A stretch of DNA of 64,000 bases from Isurus oxyrinchus. Taxonomy: Eukaryota. This document shows, in pieces, positions 24,595 to 35,846 of the stretch. Position 1 is the stretch's first letter. The number at the start of each line of letters is the position of its first letter. A model generated the notes under the pieces. It had not been told where the DNA came from and searched no databases. It worked only from the letters and a program-made list of their open reading frames with translations. The DNA lies in NCBI GenBank assembly GCA_026770705.1, contig JANJGN010000011.1:21452001-21516000 (forward strand), given 5' to 3'. The position numbers and the translations under genes were made by a program.

Positions 24595-25790
24595 GTACTG
24601 TAGGCTATTCAGCCCATTGTGCCTGTGTTATCTCTTTAAGCTATCCAATTAATCCCACTCCCCTGCTCTTTTTCCCTAATGCTGAAAAAAAAGGATCTTC
24701 CAATATTTATCCAATTTTCTTTTGATAGTTGAGATTGAATCTGTTTCCACCACCTTTTCAGGTAGTGCGTTCCATGTGTATTGTTTGGAGTTTAGAAGGT
24801 TAAGGGCAGATTTGATCAAAGTTTTCAACTTAATAAAGTGAACAGATAGGGTAGATAGAGAGAAACTGTTTCCACTGGTTGGGGAGCCTAGAGTTAGAGG
24901 AATAATCTGAACATTAAAATTAGACCCTTCAGGAGTGATATTAGGAAACACCTATCCACAAAGGGAGGACTATGATCCAGGTTGGGAGCTCCTCATTGCT
25001 ATCAGTGTCAGTGGGGAAGGGGTGATGGGGTGCATTGCCAGCAGCTACCAGAGACCCAGGATCAGCAATGGACCCAGGCCACAGGTGAGTGAAGGTGGGA
25101 TGGGGCGTCACAAGAAGTGGGCCACTGGCTAGGAGTGGGGCCAGAGGTCAGAAGAAAGGGCACGGGGAGTGGCTCTCAGTGGGCCTCCTTTCCCCCGATG
25201 CTCGGCCCCTCAATCAAGCGCAGAGTGCCTTTGAATGAGGGACTACCACACTGAGAGCAGCAAGCACACTCAACAGGGTTTGCTTTCTGGGATTCCCACG
25301 TGGCAACTGCTGTGCCCAATGTTGGTTGAATACCAGTGACAGCAGGATGAGGCCCTTAAATGGGCCCAGTTAAGGGCCACAATTGCCCTCTGGACAGGAA
25401 CTGCCAACAAGCCTCCCCCACCTCATGGACTTAATTGGGGCAGACATGGGAAGGGGGCAGGGTTCCCACACAGCACCCTCTTGCCCAATGCAATGCCCCC
25501 CTTGCCTCCAAACTTCCCTCGGGGGGGTGGGGGTGTGGGGGGTGGCAGCATTAAAATCCGCCCAAAGTGTGATGGACATTTGGAGTGCTGTTCTGCAAAA
25601 AGACAAAAAATGCTGGAGCAGTTGTAAATTTTTTATCTGAGATTAATAGATTTTTGTTAATAGCAAGGTATTAAAAACTGAGAGTCAAAGGTGGTTTATG
25701 GAGTTAGGTCACAGATCAGCCAAATCTCCTTGAATGGTGGAACAGGTTCAAGAGGGTGCTAATGGCCTCCTTCTGTTGCTAAGCTCCTAG
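24595..25790. mobile_element. CR1 3' fragments (24595-24780 -; 24785-25790 +) with a nested MITE-like insert (about 24965-25563)
   Basis: TWNALPEKVVE peptide on minus. The plus copy has RRLRADLIKVF, LFPLVGE and the tail aatggcctccttctgtt. Confidence 0.65.
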
Positions 25791-25962
25791 ATCATAATAA
25801 TCCTTGTGTGCCTGTATAATAGGTGAAGGTTTTGGGATAATGTGTATTCTTTTAAAGTCAGGTTCAAACTGTGTTACTGTCAATCATAGTCAATTAGGCA
25901 TAGACTGTAAACTGTTGAATGTATCTATATTTACAACTTTTTTATTTGTTTCTTTTTTGCAG

Positions 25963-26020
25963 ATGTGTTTTAAGAGTCCTGAAGATTTCCAGCCTCTTTA
26001 TCTTCGTAGTTGTTTGCTCA
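25963..26020 (+). CDS. OCA2: OCA2 internal coding exon, equivalent to human exon 5 (first TM helix)
   Basis: Strong acceptor tcttttttgcag and donor gtaggt, 58 bp, phase 2/0. Encodes (R)CVLRVLKISSLFIFVVVCS versus recalled human RCVQWLKVMGLFAFVVLCS. Splices in frame to the exon ending at 17377. Confidence 0.93.
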
Positions 26021-26505
26021 GTAGGTGCCCTGTTTTCCATTATTTCATGTAGCTTTTCCTTGGCTTGGCTACACGGGTAAAAGCAGTAACTATGCACAAA
26101 CCCAGTTAATTAAGGCTACGTTATTACTCTCAAACAGGCATTATGATTTGGGAATGGTGGTTGCTTAATGTATCACCCCTGTGAAGCTGCTTGGGATGCT
26201 TCACTAAGTTAAAGATGTATAAATGCAAGTTTTTGCATGGTTTAATGAACAACCAGCAGATGCAAATTATACTGCCAGCTACATCATGTAGGAACCAACT
26301 TAGGAGCTCCATATATAAATATCTGACTGCAGGCAGAAAACTCCTTTCGCAAGATGTCCAACTATTAGACCACATTCAGAGGCATTACTGCTCTCAACAT
26401 AAAAAAAGTATCAAAAGTAAGAAAGCTTTCACAGGCACCCCCAGGCTCCCTGACCACCTTAAATAGGGTGGTGTTGTACTGGTGTGAAATGTAAGGGGTG
26501 CGAGA

Positions 26506-26635
26506 CTAATGAAGAGTCTTATTAGACTCGAAACATTAACTCTATTTCTCTCTCCATAGATGCTGCCAGACCTGCGGAGTTTTTCCAGTTTTTTCTGTTT
26601 TTATTTCAGATTTTCAGCATCTTCGGTATTTTGTA
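26506..26635 (+). mobile_element. Short Penelope-derived element with a decayed hammerhead core
   Basis: CTAATGA-A-GAGTCT tatt AGACTC-GAAA-CATTAAC followed by the gatgctgccagacctg...ttttatttcaga tail. Confidence 0.65.
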
Positions 26636-26689
26636 TGGGAGTGGGGAGTGGGGGGTAGGTGGTGGGGCGGTTGTATAACGGCATTGAGA

Positions 26690-28235
26690 TGTGTTCTTCC
26701 ATGGATAAAATGGTCAGTGCCATGGGTTGTCATATCCCCAACCAAACGAAGGCAACTTTCAACATTACTGTGGGACTCTGGATGCCAAAGTCTGCCACCT
26801 TAAATAGGTTGAAATACCTTGGACTCGGCCTTACATGCTTGCACTGATCGGCATCAAGCTGTTCTTCAGCACAGTGGTAACAGTAAAGTGCAACCATAAG
26901 AGGGGTGATAGTGAAAGGGGTCCAATCAAAGTGCTTCAACTTCTTGCCCACAGCCCACCTCTGTGAGTAGCCCTGCTCTGCCTCTTCTCCTGAGTCTGTT
27001 CCAGCACAGGTACAGGTGGAACACTCTATGGTGGGGTCCTTACAGGTTCCAAAACCCAAAAGGACATCAGGCAAGATCAGCGGTGCAGTCAGAGCGGGGT
27101 TGTGAGCAGTCTGCCTCTATTTCTGCTGAAGCCACAGGGATTGCACCATGTAGGAGAAGCAGACAAGTGAAGAGTGAGGTTTTGTAGTTGTGCTAGGATC
27201 TGCACAAAGGTGTGTGAGAAACTGTTGTGTTAAGTTTTTGTAACTTTTTCACATCACAGATGTTCTTTTTCACCATTGCCCAGTTTTGTCCATGTTAACT
27301 TATCTTTTAACATGTTTGATGAATGTGAGGACATGAATTCATGGGGACCAATGGGAGGATGCTGAAAGGGTGGTATTTAGTTGCAGGACTATTTTGTGTC
27401 AGTGGCATTGGCAGTTGGGGAGCACGAGGGAAGAATGGCTCTTGCATTTTCAACTGACATGAATGCACTAGTACAACCCAAGTGAACCTTACAGTAACAA
27501 GAGCATCCCTGGCCTCCTGGGTAAAAATGTGAGCAGCTCGGGGGCTGTATTACCCTCATTATCCAACTCCTTTTCTTCCTCCTCCTTCCCCCCATATTTC
27601 TTGTAGGCGCCTGCATAACGATCTCCTTGTGGTTGATGAATAATCTTGATGGGGGTGCCTGGATTGCTATGTTCGTGCAGTCGATGGTACCTGTGAGATG
27701 CCGGCCAGAGCTGTACTCTCTTCTTCTGACTGGCATCTTTGGTGGCAAAGTTGACGTAATTGCCAGCCCTGACACATAACCCATCTAACCACCTGTCTAA
27801 TGTACCTGTGGGCAGCTGCCTGGGAATTCCTGGATTGGTCTGTGGCAGAACCTTGGCAGGATCCTGGCTGGACGGCAGTGATGACTTTGACAGCCACTAG
27901 TAATGTGGGACCACCTAGTCCAGAAGGCAGCAGGTCTTCTCCTCGGTGGCTGCAGATGCCTGACACCAACTGACATGATGTTCTGAGCACCTTGAGACAC
28001 TGATGATCAGATACGTCAAAGAAACTGAGCCTCTGGCTGCCCTGTAAATCCTGCCTCCTGGGTTTTTCCGCCTGTGTGAAGCTTCTGTCTGCTGGCCCCC
28101 ATTCTGCTGGTCCTCTTGCCGCTCTGTAGCTGTAGATGTTGCTCGTCTGAGGTGCAGCGTAAGGCAGCATAAGCAGCACCAACCTGATGTGAGTAATGTC
28201 TTAACTACCCTCTGAAATGGCTGCAAGCCGCTCAA
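26690..28235 (-). mobile_element. PIF/Harbinger remnant with HARBI1-like transposase pseudogene
   Basis: Minus strand: LLVAVKVITA, QGSATDQSRNSQAAAHRYIRQV and TGTIDCTNIAIQAP..FINHK (first catalytic D motif G-IDCTH), followed by an acidic tail. Frameshifted and internally deleted. Confidence 0.8.
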
Positions 28236-29482
28236 TTCATGGGCGAATAGGGGTGAGCAACAAATGCTGGCCTTGCCAACGACACCTACGTCCCATCAAA
28301 GAATAAGAAAAATCACACATCCAGTGATATGAGCAAAACCCCTAAGGAGTAGAGAGTAACTTTGAAATGTTACAACATGAACGTAACCTCTCAGCAAAAT
28401 AATTGTGGGCAAACTTTATTCCACTCGTAGGAAAGACAGCAGCTGTGACTACTGAGTATTTATTGGCCTCTTTGCCAGGGATTACTCAGCGCCCCTCAAT
28501 TCCCACTGTGTTCTTGCCTTGGGTGATTTATGGGCGAATTTCAGGAATCCTGGAAAATCCGTGGACTTGACATTAAGCTGAAAGCAGTGTGTCAATATCG
28601 CTTCAATTGAGTGATTAGCAGAGGGAAATTGACGGCCTGTCTCTTCTGCGGGGGCTGCTTGCACACAGCCTAACACGCTGGAGTCGAATGCAGGAGTCAG
28701 CAGGCTAGTTTCCTGTCGTGCTGTTGGTTTTAACACCCCTTGTGCATTCAAACCCCCACACTCTTCCACATTAAAAACCCAATTCTTTGTCACGCAATTG
28801 GATTAATCTTGCAAGTGAAAGGTCCCTTTTCTCGCCCACCTTCAATCTTTAAGTATCTGAAAAGGTTCAAAGAAAGTTTGAAAAAATATCATTTATTTTT
28901 AATGCCTCAGATTGCTCGCAGCAGTATCCTGGAGGCTCTTGGACAATCCTAGAGAGATGGCAACCCTGGAGGTCCTGCTGGATTTAAAGCTCAGTGTGTT
29001 TTCAAGCAGACTGCCTTTTGAGGCTAGACATTGGGATTTATGACGTTGGAATAAAGGGAACAGTTGGCGTAATGATTGTATGCGATTGCGTGTTGGGCAT
29101 AGATGTCTGATTCAGTCCTTCAGCCACACTATTGGTCAGAGTCCAAAGTGAATACATTTGAATCCAGCAACCAATCTCAACGATGACTTCAGACCCTGTA
29201 CTGGGAAATGGGGCTTTTAAAGTGGAAGGAAAATGAATAATTAGACATTAGCTTAAAAATTTCCTGTTGGTGAAATGCTAATATATTCATAACACTATTT
29301 TTTCTGCCATATTACATCAACTCGGTAAATAGATTGACATAAATTAACTGACAGAGGAATTACTGTGGATATCAGGGATTTCTTAATGTATTACATTACT
29401 TTTTCTGCTATTTTATTGAAAGCTAAAACAGATTAACACCTGCATTATGGTGATAATATATGGTTCACAAAATCACACAGAC

Positions 29483-29580
29483 AAAATACTAGAGTTGCTG
29501 GGAATCTGAAATAAAACTAGAAAATGTTGGAAATGCTCAGCAAGTCAGGTAGCATCTATGGAAAGAGAAACAAAGTTAAC
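29483..29580 (-). mobile_element. Short Penelope-derived tail
   Basis: Reverse complement of the gttaac...gatgctacctgacttgctgagcatttcc...ttttatttcagatt tail. Similar remnants occur at about 10930-11000, 15760-15860, 45410-45510 and 56835-56885. Confidence 0.55.
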
Positions 29581-30209
29581 AGTATGATTTTAATGCCCCA
29601 ACCCCCACTCCCCGCCAATCCAGTGAAAATGATGGAACAGGATGGGTTAAAATCATCTGAGTCCGCTTATTGGCCTAGAAACCGTACCCGTCCTGGCTGC
29701 TGACATTTCACTCTGTCATACTGCGACTTTCCAGGTTTTCCTGCTGAGCACTGATGTCATTCCCAATGGCTTTAGATGGGAGCCAATTCCGCTGTTTACA
29801 AATGAAGCCCGAGTCAAATATCCATAATTCCCAGCTTCCAAATTTATATTAACCCCAACGTTTCAGGCCAATGGTCTTTCATGCAGTTTGATTTGCCCAC
29901 TAATATCACCAGCAGTAACATCCTGACTCTATAAATATTGCTACTTAGAGAATGAACAATTCAGAGCCTTGGTGCTCATGCCAAACACTCCATTTTTTAT
30001 ACCAATTTATCTTCACTGATTGCTATCTGTTAGCTTCTGCATAAATTATACCAGTTGCTCAGGATGTCTAAAGTTGGATAAGAAGTAAACCAATGTGCCA
30101 GCTTGTTAGTCATTGCAACTATTTCAGTAAAATATTTTGATATCGGTTTGCTTGTGACCTTCTGAAGATTGGAGCCATTCCTTTCAGTCCCCACTCAACT
30201 TGTTTTCCT

Positions 30210-30930
30210 AGGTACTGACTCCATCTGTCTCCCCAGCAACAGTCTGAGATTCAGATTGACCCTGTGATGAGCTTCTGACCTCATTTGTGCCATCACTAAG
30301 ATGATTTCCACCTCTGTAACATTGCCTGACTTCACCCCTGTCTCAGCTCATCTGCTGCTGAAACCCTCGTTCATGCCTTCATTACCTCTCGACCTGACAA
30401 TTCCAATGCACACTCAGCTGGTCTCCCATATTCTCTCTTTCACAAACTTGAGATAATCCAAAACTCTGCTTAAGACCAGTGTCTTAACTTGCAATCAAGT
30501 CCCATTCCGCTGTCACCCCTGTGCTTTCTGGCCTACAATGGCTCCTAGTCAAGCAATGTTTTGGTTTTAAAATTCTCATTCTTGTTTTCAAATCCCTCCG
30601 TGCCCACAACTCTCCCTATCTTTGTAATCTCCTCTAACCCCACAGCCCTCAAAGATATCAGTGCTCCTCTAATTTTGGCCTCTTGAACATCCCTGATTTT
30701 AATTGCTCCAGCCTTCAGCTGCCAGGGCCCTAAGCTCTGGAGTTCCCTCTGCATCTCTGTACCTCACATTCCTTTAAGACTGTACTTAAAACCTACGTCT
30801 TTGACCAAGGTCATTGACCTAATATCTCCTTACGTGGCTCGGTGTCATATTTGTTCTATAATGCTCCTGTGAAGCACCTTGGGATGTTTTATTATGGTTA
30901 AGGTGTTATATAGATATAAGTTGTTATTAT
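30210..30930 (+). mobile_element. L2 LINE 3' end
   Basis: ETLVHAFITSRPDNSNA peptide and L2 3' UTR ctgtgaagcaccttgggatg...tatataga..agttgttatt. Confidence 0.8.
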
Positions 30931-30994
30931 TATTGTTAACCTTTGAGCTGAAATGAAAATAGTTTACAACTGCTATATTTTCTAATTATCCCAG

Positions 30995-31067
30995 GTTTTA
31001 TTTAGCTCTTATCCGGATCATGGGAACCCTAGGCAAATGATAGCTGTTTCACCATTCGAAGGCACAC
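30995..31067 (+). CDS. OCA2: OCA2 internal coding exon, equivalent to human exon 6
   Basis: cccag|...|gtatcc, 73 bp, phase 0/1. Encodes VLFSSYPDHGNPRQMIAVSPFEGT versus recalled human [24 protein letters not shown]. In frame with the exon ending at 26020. Confidence 0.92.
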
Positions 31068-31077
31068 GTATCCTTTT
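31068..31077 (+). promoter_or_regulatory. U12-type (minor spliceosome) 5' splice site
   Basis: The intron starts GTATCCTTTT, an exact match to the RTATCCTTT consensus. Confidence 0.85.
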
Positions 31078-31779
31078 CCAGTACAAGTATTCATTTGATT
31101 CTGCATCACACGTAGCATCCATTATGGATGTAGATCTTTTGTGATTAAATTAAAAGCCAGAACACCTATTTAGAAGAACTTTGGTAAAACACTACTCGAT
31201 TAGTGATTTGGCTTAGAGGTGTTTATTTTAACTTTTTTATTAATGTCCCTGTCACAAGTTTCAACCATGTTCCTTGGTTTAAATAATACTGACAAGACTT
31301 TCCTGTCAAGTTAAAGAAAGACATGTTTTGCTGAACCGGGAATGTTTATAATAACAGTTTATTAACTCCAGCTGCCTAAAGGTGAGGGAAGTCTACCTCA
31401 TGAATTTGCAACACACAACTAAAAGAGAATTCCGTACCTTCTGGTGCTGAAACATCAGTGGCCAGTGGATCCTGCTCAGCAGTCAAAACTTTGGCTTAAC
31501 GTTTCAGTCAATTCTCAGTTTCTCTGTTAGAATTCCTAAATTGTGCAACAACTTTGTGATATTTGCACCCGGAGTTTCATCCATGACAACTTTTTAGAAC
31601 TCCCTAACATTGTCTGCAATTGGTGGAAGGCATGCTAAATGCATCTCCATACAACCCATTTAGAAAATTTGCTGCCACTGATTTCCACTGATCAATGAAG
31701 CCTCAGGAACCAGCCTGCCATTGTGCAGCATGTCTCTTTTCTTTCAGCAGTACTCAAGTTCTGTACATCCAAGAGACTA

Positions 31780-32790
31780 TTTAAATGATTTGGACAGAGT
31801 GACAAAGTAAGGCTTGATGATAATAAATTAGTGGAGATGGTGATAACCTGCGAGAAAAATGCAAGATTGGCAAGGGCACAAAAATAGGTTTCTATTAATG
31901 GGCAGATAAATGACAGATGAAGGTCAATGTAGGGAATTGTGAAGTGCTACATTTTGGGGGAAAAATACACAGTGAAAGGCAGTGTAGCCAGAATGGAGGA
32001 ACAGAAGGATCAGGGACGTGGATACATAATCCTTCAAAGAGTGTAGGTAGAATAAGACCAGAAAAAAGCAAACAGGATGTTCAGTTTTCTTTAAAGGGGC
32101 ACAGAACACAAAAGCAATTAATCGATGTTAAATTGGTCTGAAAAATAGCTTAAGGCAAGGTTGGAGTATTGTAAGCAGTGCTGGGCACCCCATAATAAAA
32201 ACAGTACTGGAGCGACGAAAAAGAGATACATGGAGAAGATTTGCTAGAACGATGCTAAGATTGAAAGGTTATGGTTGTAAGGGAAGACTGAATATTAAGT
32301 GGTAAATCTAAAAGAGGATTCTTTTAAATTATGGATAGTTTTGAGTGGGTAAATGGTAAGATTGTTCCACTGGTTGGAAACAATAACAATGTGGCAAAAA
32401 CTGGCGATTATCACTATCATTTGAAAAATGAAAAGGGCAGGAACAAGGATTTTCCTTACACATTGCATTATTAGGACCTGGAATGATGAACAAAGCCCTT
32501 CAATGTGTCCTTTATGCATTAGTTGCATTGTTAGTTTTGTTATTACCTGATACAGTAAATTAATGTTTCACTGCATTTATTTAGATTGTGAAATAAAGCT
32601 GGATCTAGTAGAGTGGCAATGGAAGCCGTGGCTATAATATTAGTTATTAAAGGGGGACTGGAGTTGGATTTGGATTTGTAAAGGAAGAAAGATTACAGAA
32701 AAAGGGCAGAGAAATAGGTTAATAGATCCAGTGATAAATGATAGCATCATTATGGGCTGAATGGTCTCATTCAATTTCTGCTGCTATGAT
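31780..32790 (+). mobile_element. CR1 LINE 3' fragment, old
   Basis: MKVNVGNCEVLHFG, LEYCKQCWAP and the tail gggctgaatggtctc. Confidence 0.7.
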
Positions 32791-33021
32791 TCCAGGTTTG
32801 GAAGTTTACTGAACCAAGAACCACCTGAGTTAGGCCAAACCCTTCAGTCCGCTGAGTACCAGTATTGATAGTTTAACTTTTGGAAGACTAACTCCTATAG
32901 TGTCTTATTTACGTATCTTATTGGTAGTTTTACGGCTTGCTGATGCAATAAAGTACTGTTTCACTTTCTGTGCACTTAAATTATAAAATACATTTGGATC
33001 CATGCAGTCACTTTGATCATA

Positions 33022-33152
33022 GGCCAGGATTTTAAGGCCCCTCCCACCCGGTGGGATATTACTGTCCTGCCGAACGAAATGGAGATTTAAATGCCTCCTC
33101 ACCACACTCGCTGGGAGGAGACACGCCACAGTGGGGCTGTAAAATCCTGGCC
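33022..33152. mobile_element. 131-bp MITE (PIF/Harbinger-like)
   Basis: Perfect 13-bp TIRs ggccaggatttta / taaaatcctggcc with a 3-bp TSD ATA on both sides. Confidence 0.85.
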
Positions 33153-33914
33153 ATAATTTCTTTTGAGTCCATCACATGAAATGCAAAATTATGAGGTTTT
33201 TTTTACATTTTTTACCTTGGTGTTTGGAAAGAGAGAATTTTCCGTCTGTTTCAAAATAATTGAAGGACTGCAAGGCAAAACTGTTTTAAATAGTATCCAC
33301 AAATTGGAAAAAAGTGCCTTTTTGGAGCAGTTTGCCAAAGCAGTAATTTGTGTTTTAAAATCTCATTGGGCTTTTGCAACTAATGTGCAATTCCAGTCAC
33401 CCGGCCCCTGGCCTTTCAAACAGTTATATTCGGGAAACCCAAATTAATTGCACCAGGTGACTATTTGAACATCTATATTTGGTTTCAGCAGCCTTCACAA
33501 ACCTGCTGGGGAAAACAATCTGTAAATAAGATGTTAAAATCTCTCTACAGGAACATTAATGTGATACTCACTGCCACTAACAGAGGCCTGGCAAGCATAG
33601 AGTGTGATAATTAAGCAGCTGTGACGCAGATGGCCAGTGAGCCAGATGTGGAACTCTTTAAGAATTGTTGGCACTGGATAATGTAACTTTTTGTTTTAAG
33701 TGTTGTGTAGAGATTGCCAATTGTGCTATTCCTGTACGTTTGGTCTTATGGCTGTTGCTGAAGTCTGTAAATGTTATTGTAGTTATTTTTGATGGATTCT
33801 TGCTGAGGATGCCAATGACGACTACTGACAGCTGTAATTTTAATTCGACCAACCTGAGCACACCGGTGCTTGAGACTGAAGCTCACGTATTGGCAATGCA
33901 ATTGGAAATTATAG

Positions 33915-34760
33915 AATTATAGTGCGATGCAACACAGAAGGAGGCCATTTGGCCCATTGTGCCTATGCCAGCTTTTGAGAAGAGTTATCCAATTAGTCCC
34001 ACTACCCTGCTCTTTCCCCATAGCTCTAAGTTTTTTTCCCCCCTTCAAGTATTTGTCCAATTTTCTTTTGAATGATACCACTATGTTGAATCTGCTTCTG
34101 ACACTCTTTCAGGCATTGCATTCCAGGTCACACCTCTACGTGTAAAACAATGTTTCCTTATGTCACCTCTAGTTCTTTTGCCAATCTCCTTAAATCCGTG
34201 TCTTCTGGTTACCAATCCATCTGCCATTGGAAACAGTTTTTCCTTATTTACTCCATCAAAACTGTTCATGATGTTGAACGGTGTTATCAAATTTCCTCTT
34301 ACTATTAACTGCTTTCAGGAGAACAACCCCAGCTTCACTGATCTTTCCTCTTAAATGTTGTCTCTCATCCATAGTACCATTCTGCACCCTCCCCAGTATA
34401 ACACTGCAGCTGAGGCCAAACCAGTGTTTTATAATAGTTTTCCATAATTTCCAAACTCTATTTCTTAATTAATAAAACCACTGATTGTATATGCTTTTAT
34501 TAACAGACTTCTCAATGACCTTAAGATTTGTGCGCACACCCCAGGTCTTTCTGTTCCTGCATCAATTTTAAAATGGTACTATTTAATTCTTATTGCTGTT
34601 CCTCATTCTTCCTACTGCTATTTATCACTTTACATGTTTTTCTGCATTAAATTTCATCTGCCATATGTCTATCCATTTCATCAGACTATCTGTCCTTCTG
34701 TTGCTATCCTTATTATTGCTTGCTACATTTCTGAGTTTTGTTATCTGCAAACACCACTGT
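33915..34760 (-). mobile_element. CR1 LINE 3' fragment
   Basis: KEKLFPMADGLVTRRHGFK..FTRRGVTWNAMP peptide and CR1 tail. Confidence 0.75.
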
Positions 34761-34913
34761 ATACATCCCCCCCCATTCTGAAAAACAGCTATTCACCACC
34801 ACCTTCTGCTTTGTCCCTTAACCAAGCTAATATCTGTGCTGCTAATGTACCTTTAATCCAATGGGCTTTAATTCTGCTGACCATTAATTTTAGATACACC
34901 ACAAAAACTTGGA

Positions 34914-35649
34914 GGGCAGAATTTTTCCATCGGCGAACTGGGGGCAGGGTCCTCAATGTCACCCCGCCCCATTTAAATATTCAGGAAGGTGGGGGCACAG
35001 CGCGATCAGCTGTCTGCCTGCCAACCTGTCAATGGCCAATTGAGGCCAATGACAGGGTAGTTAAACCAATTAAAGGCCCTGCTTGTCTAACCTTAAGGCT
35101 GGCGGGCAGGCCAGGAGCCCCGGCGGGCTTCTGATAATACATGAAACCTCATCCACTGGTGGGATGAGGTTTCATGTTTGTTTAAAAAAGTTTTTGTGAT
35201 ATTTATTAACATGTCCCATCTCGTGTGACATTGTCACATGAGGGGGATATGTTAATTTTTAAAAATTTTTCTATGTTTAAAGTTTCAAACACTGTCAGCG
35301 CTCTCCCTTGGGCAGCACTTAGTCTCAAAGAGATGTGCGTTCTTTCACGCACTCTGACAGTTGGGGAATCCCTCTCCCCACACAGGAAGCGGGCAGGCCA
35401 GGAGCCCCGGCGGGCTTCTGATAATACATGAAACCTCATCCACTGGTGGGATGAGGTTTCATGTTTGTTTAAAAAAGTTTTTGTGATATTTATTAACATG
35501 TCCCATCTCGTGTGACATTGTCACAAGCGCTTCCCGTCAGGCTGCCCACTTAAAATGGCGGCGGGGCCCGTTTCAGCGGTGGCAATCGGCTGCCTGCCCA
35601 TCGCCGAGCCGATGGGGCCCGCCCGCCCATCAAGGGCAAAATTCTGCCC
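34914..35649. mobile_element. MITE with internal hairpins and an exact 137-bp internal duplication
   Basis: TIRs gggcagaatttt / aaaattctgccc. 35102-35238 is identical to 35389-35525. Homologous to 44371-45082. Confidence 0.85.
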
Positions 35650-35846
35650 GTAGTTTTTGTTTGCTAATGGCTCTAGTACATCATATTTTATCAACATCTT
35701 TTAAAAATCCATGTATGAAGCATCAACCACACCATCCTCACCAACCCTCCCTATTATTTCAAAGAACTCTATCAATGGTAACCAGAGACCCTAATGCTTA
35801 GCATTGATGATTCATCATTGTTGGACTCATCTTCAGAGCTGGACAC

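Noticed and set aside
25963-26076. Longer version of the TM exon ending at gtaaaa
   Set aside because: The gtaggt donor after 26020 gives the 58-bp size and the phase needed to join the exon at 30995.
33665-33922. Hydrophobic 85-aa ORF as the next OCA2 exon
   Set aside because: No similarity to the expected exon 7 peptide and no U12 branch point upstream.
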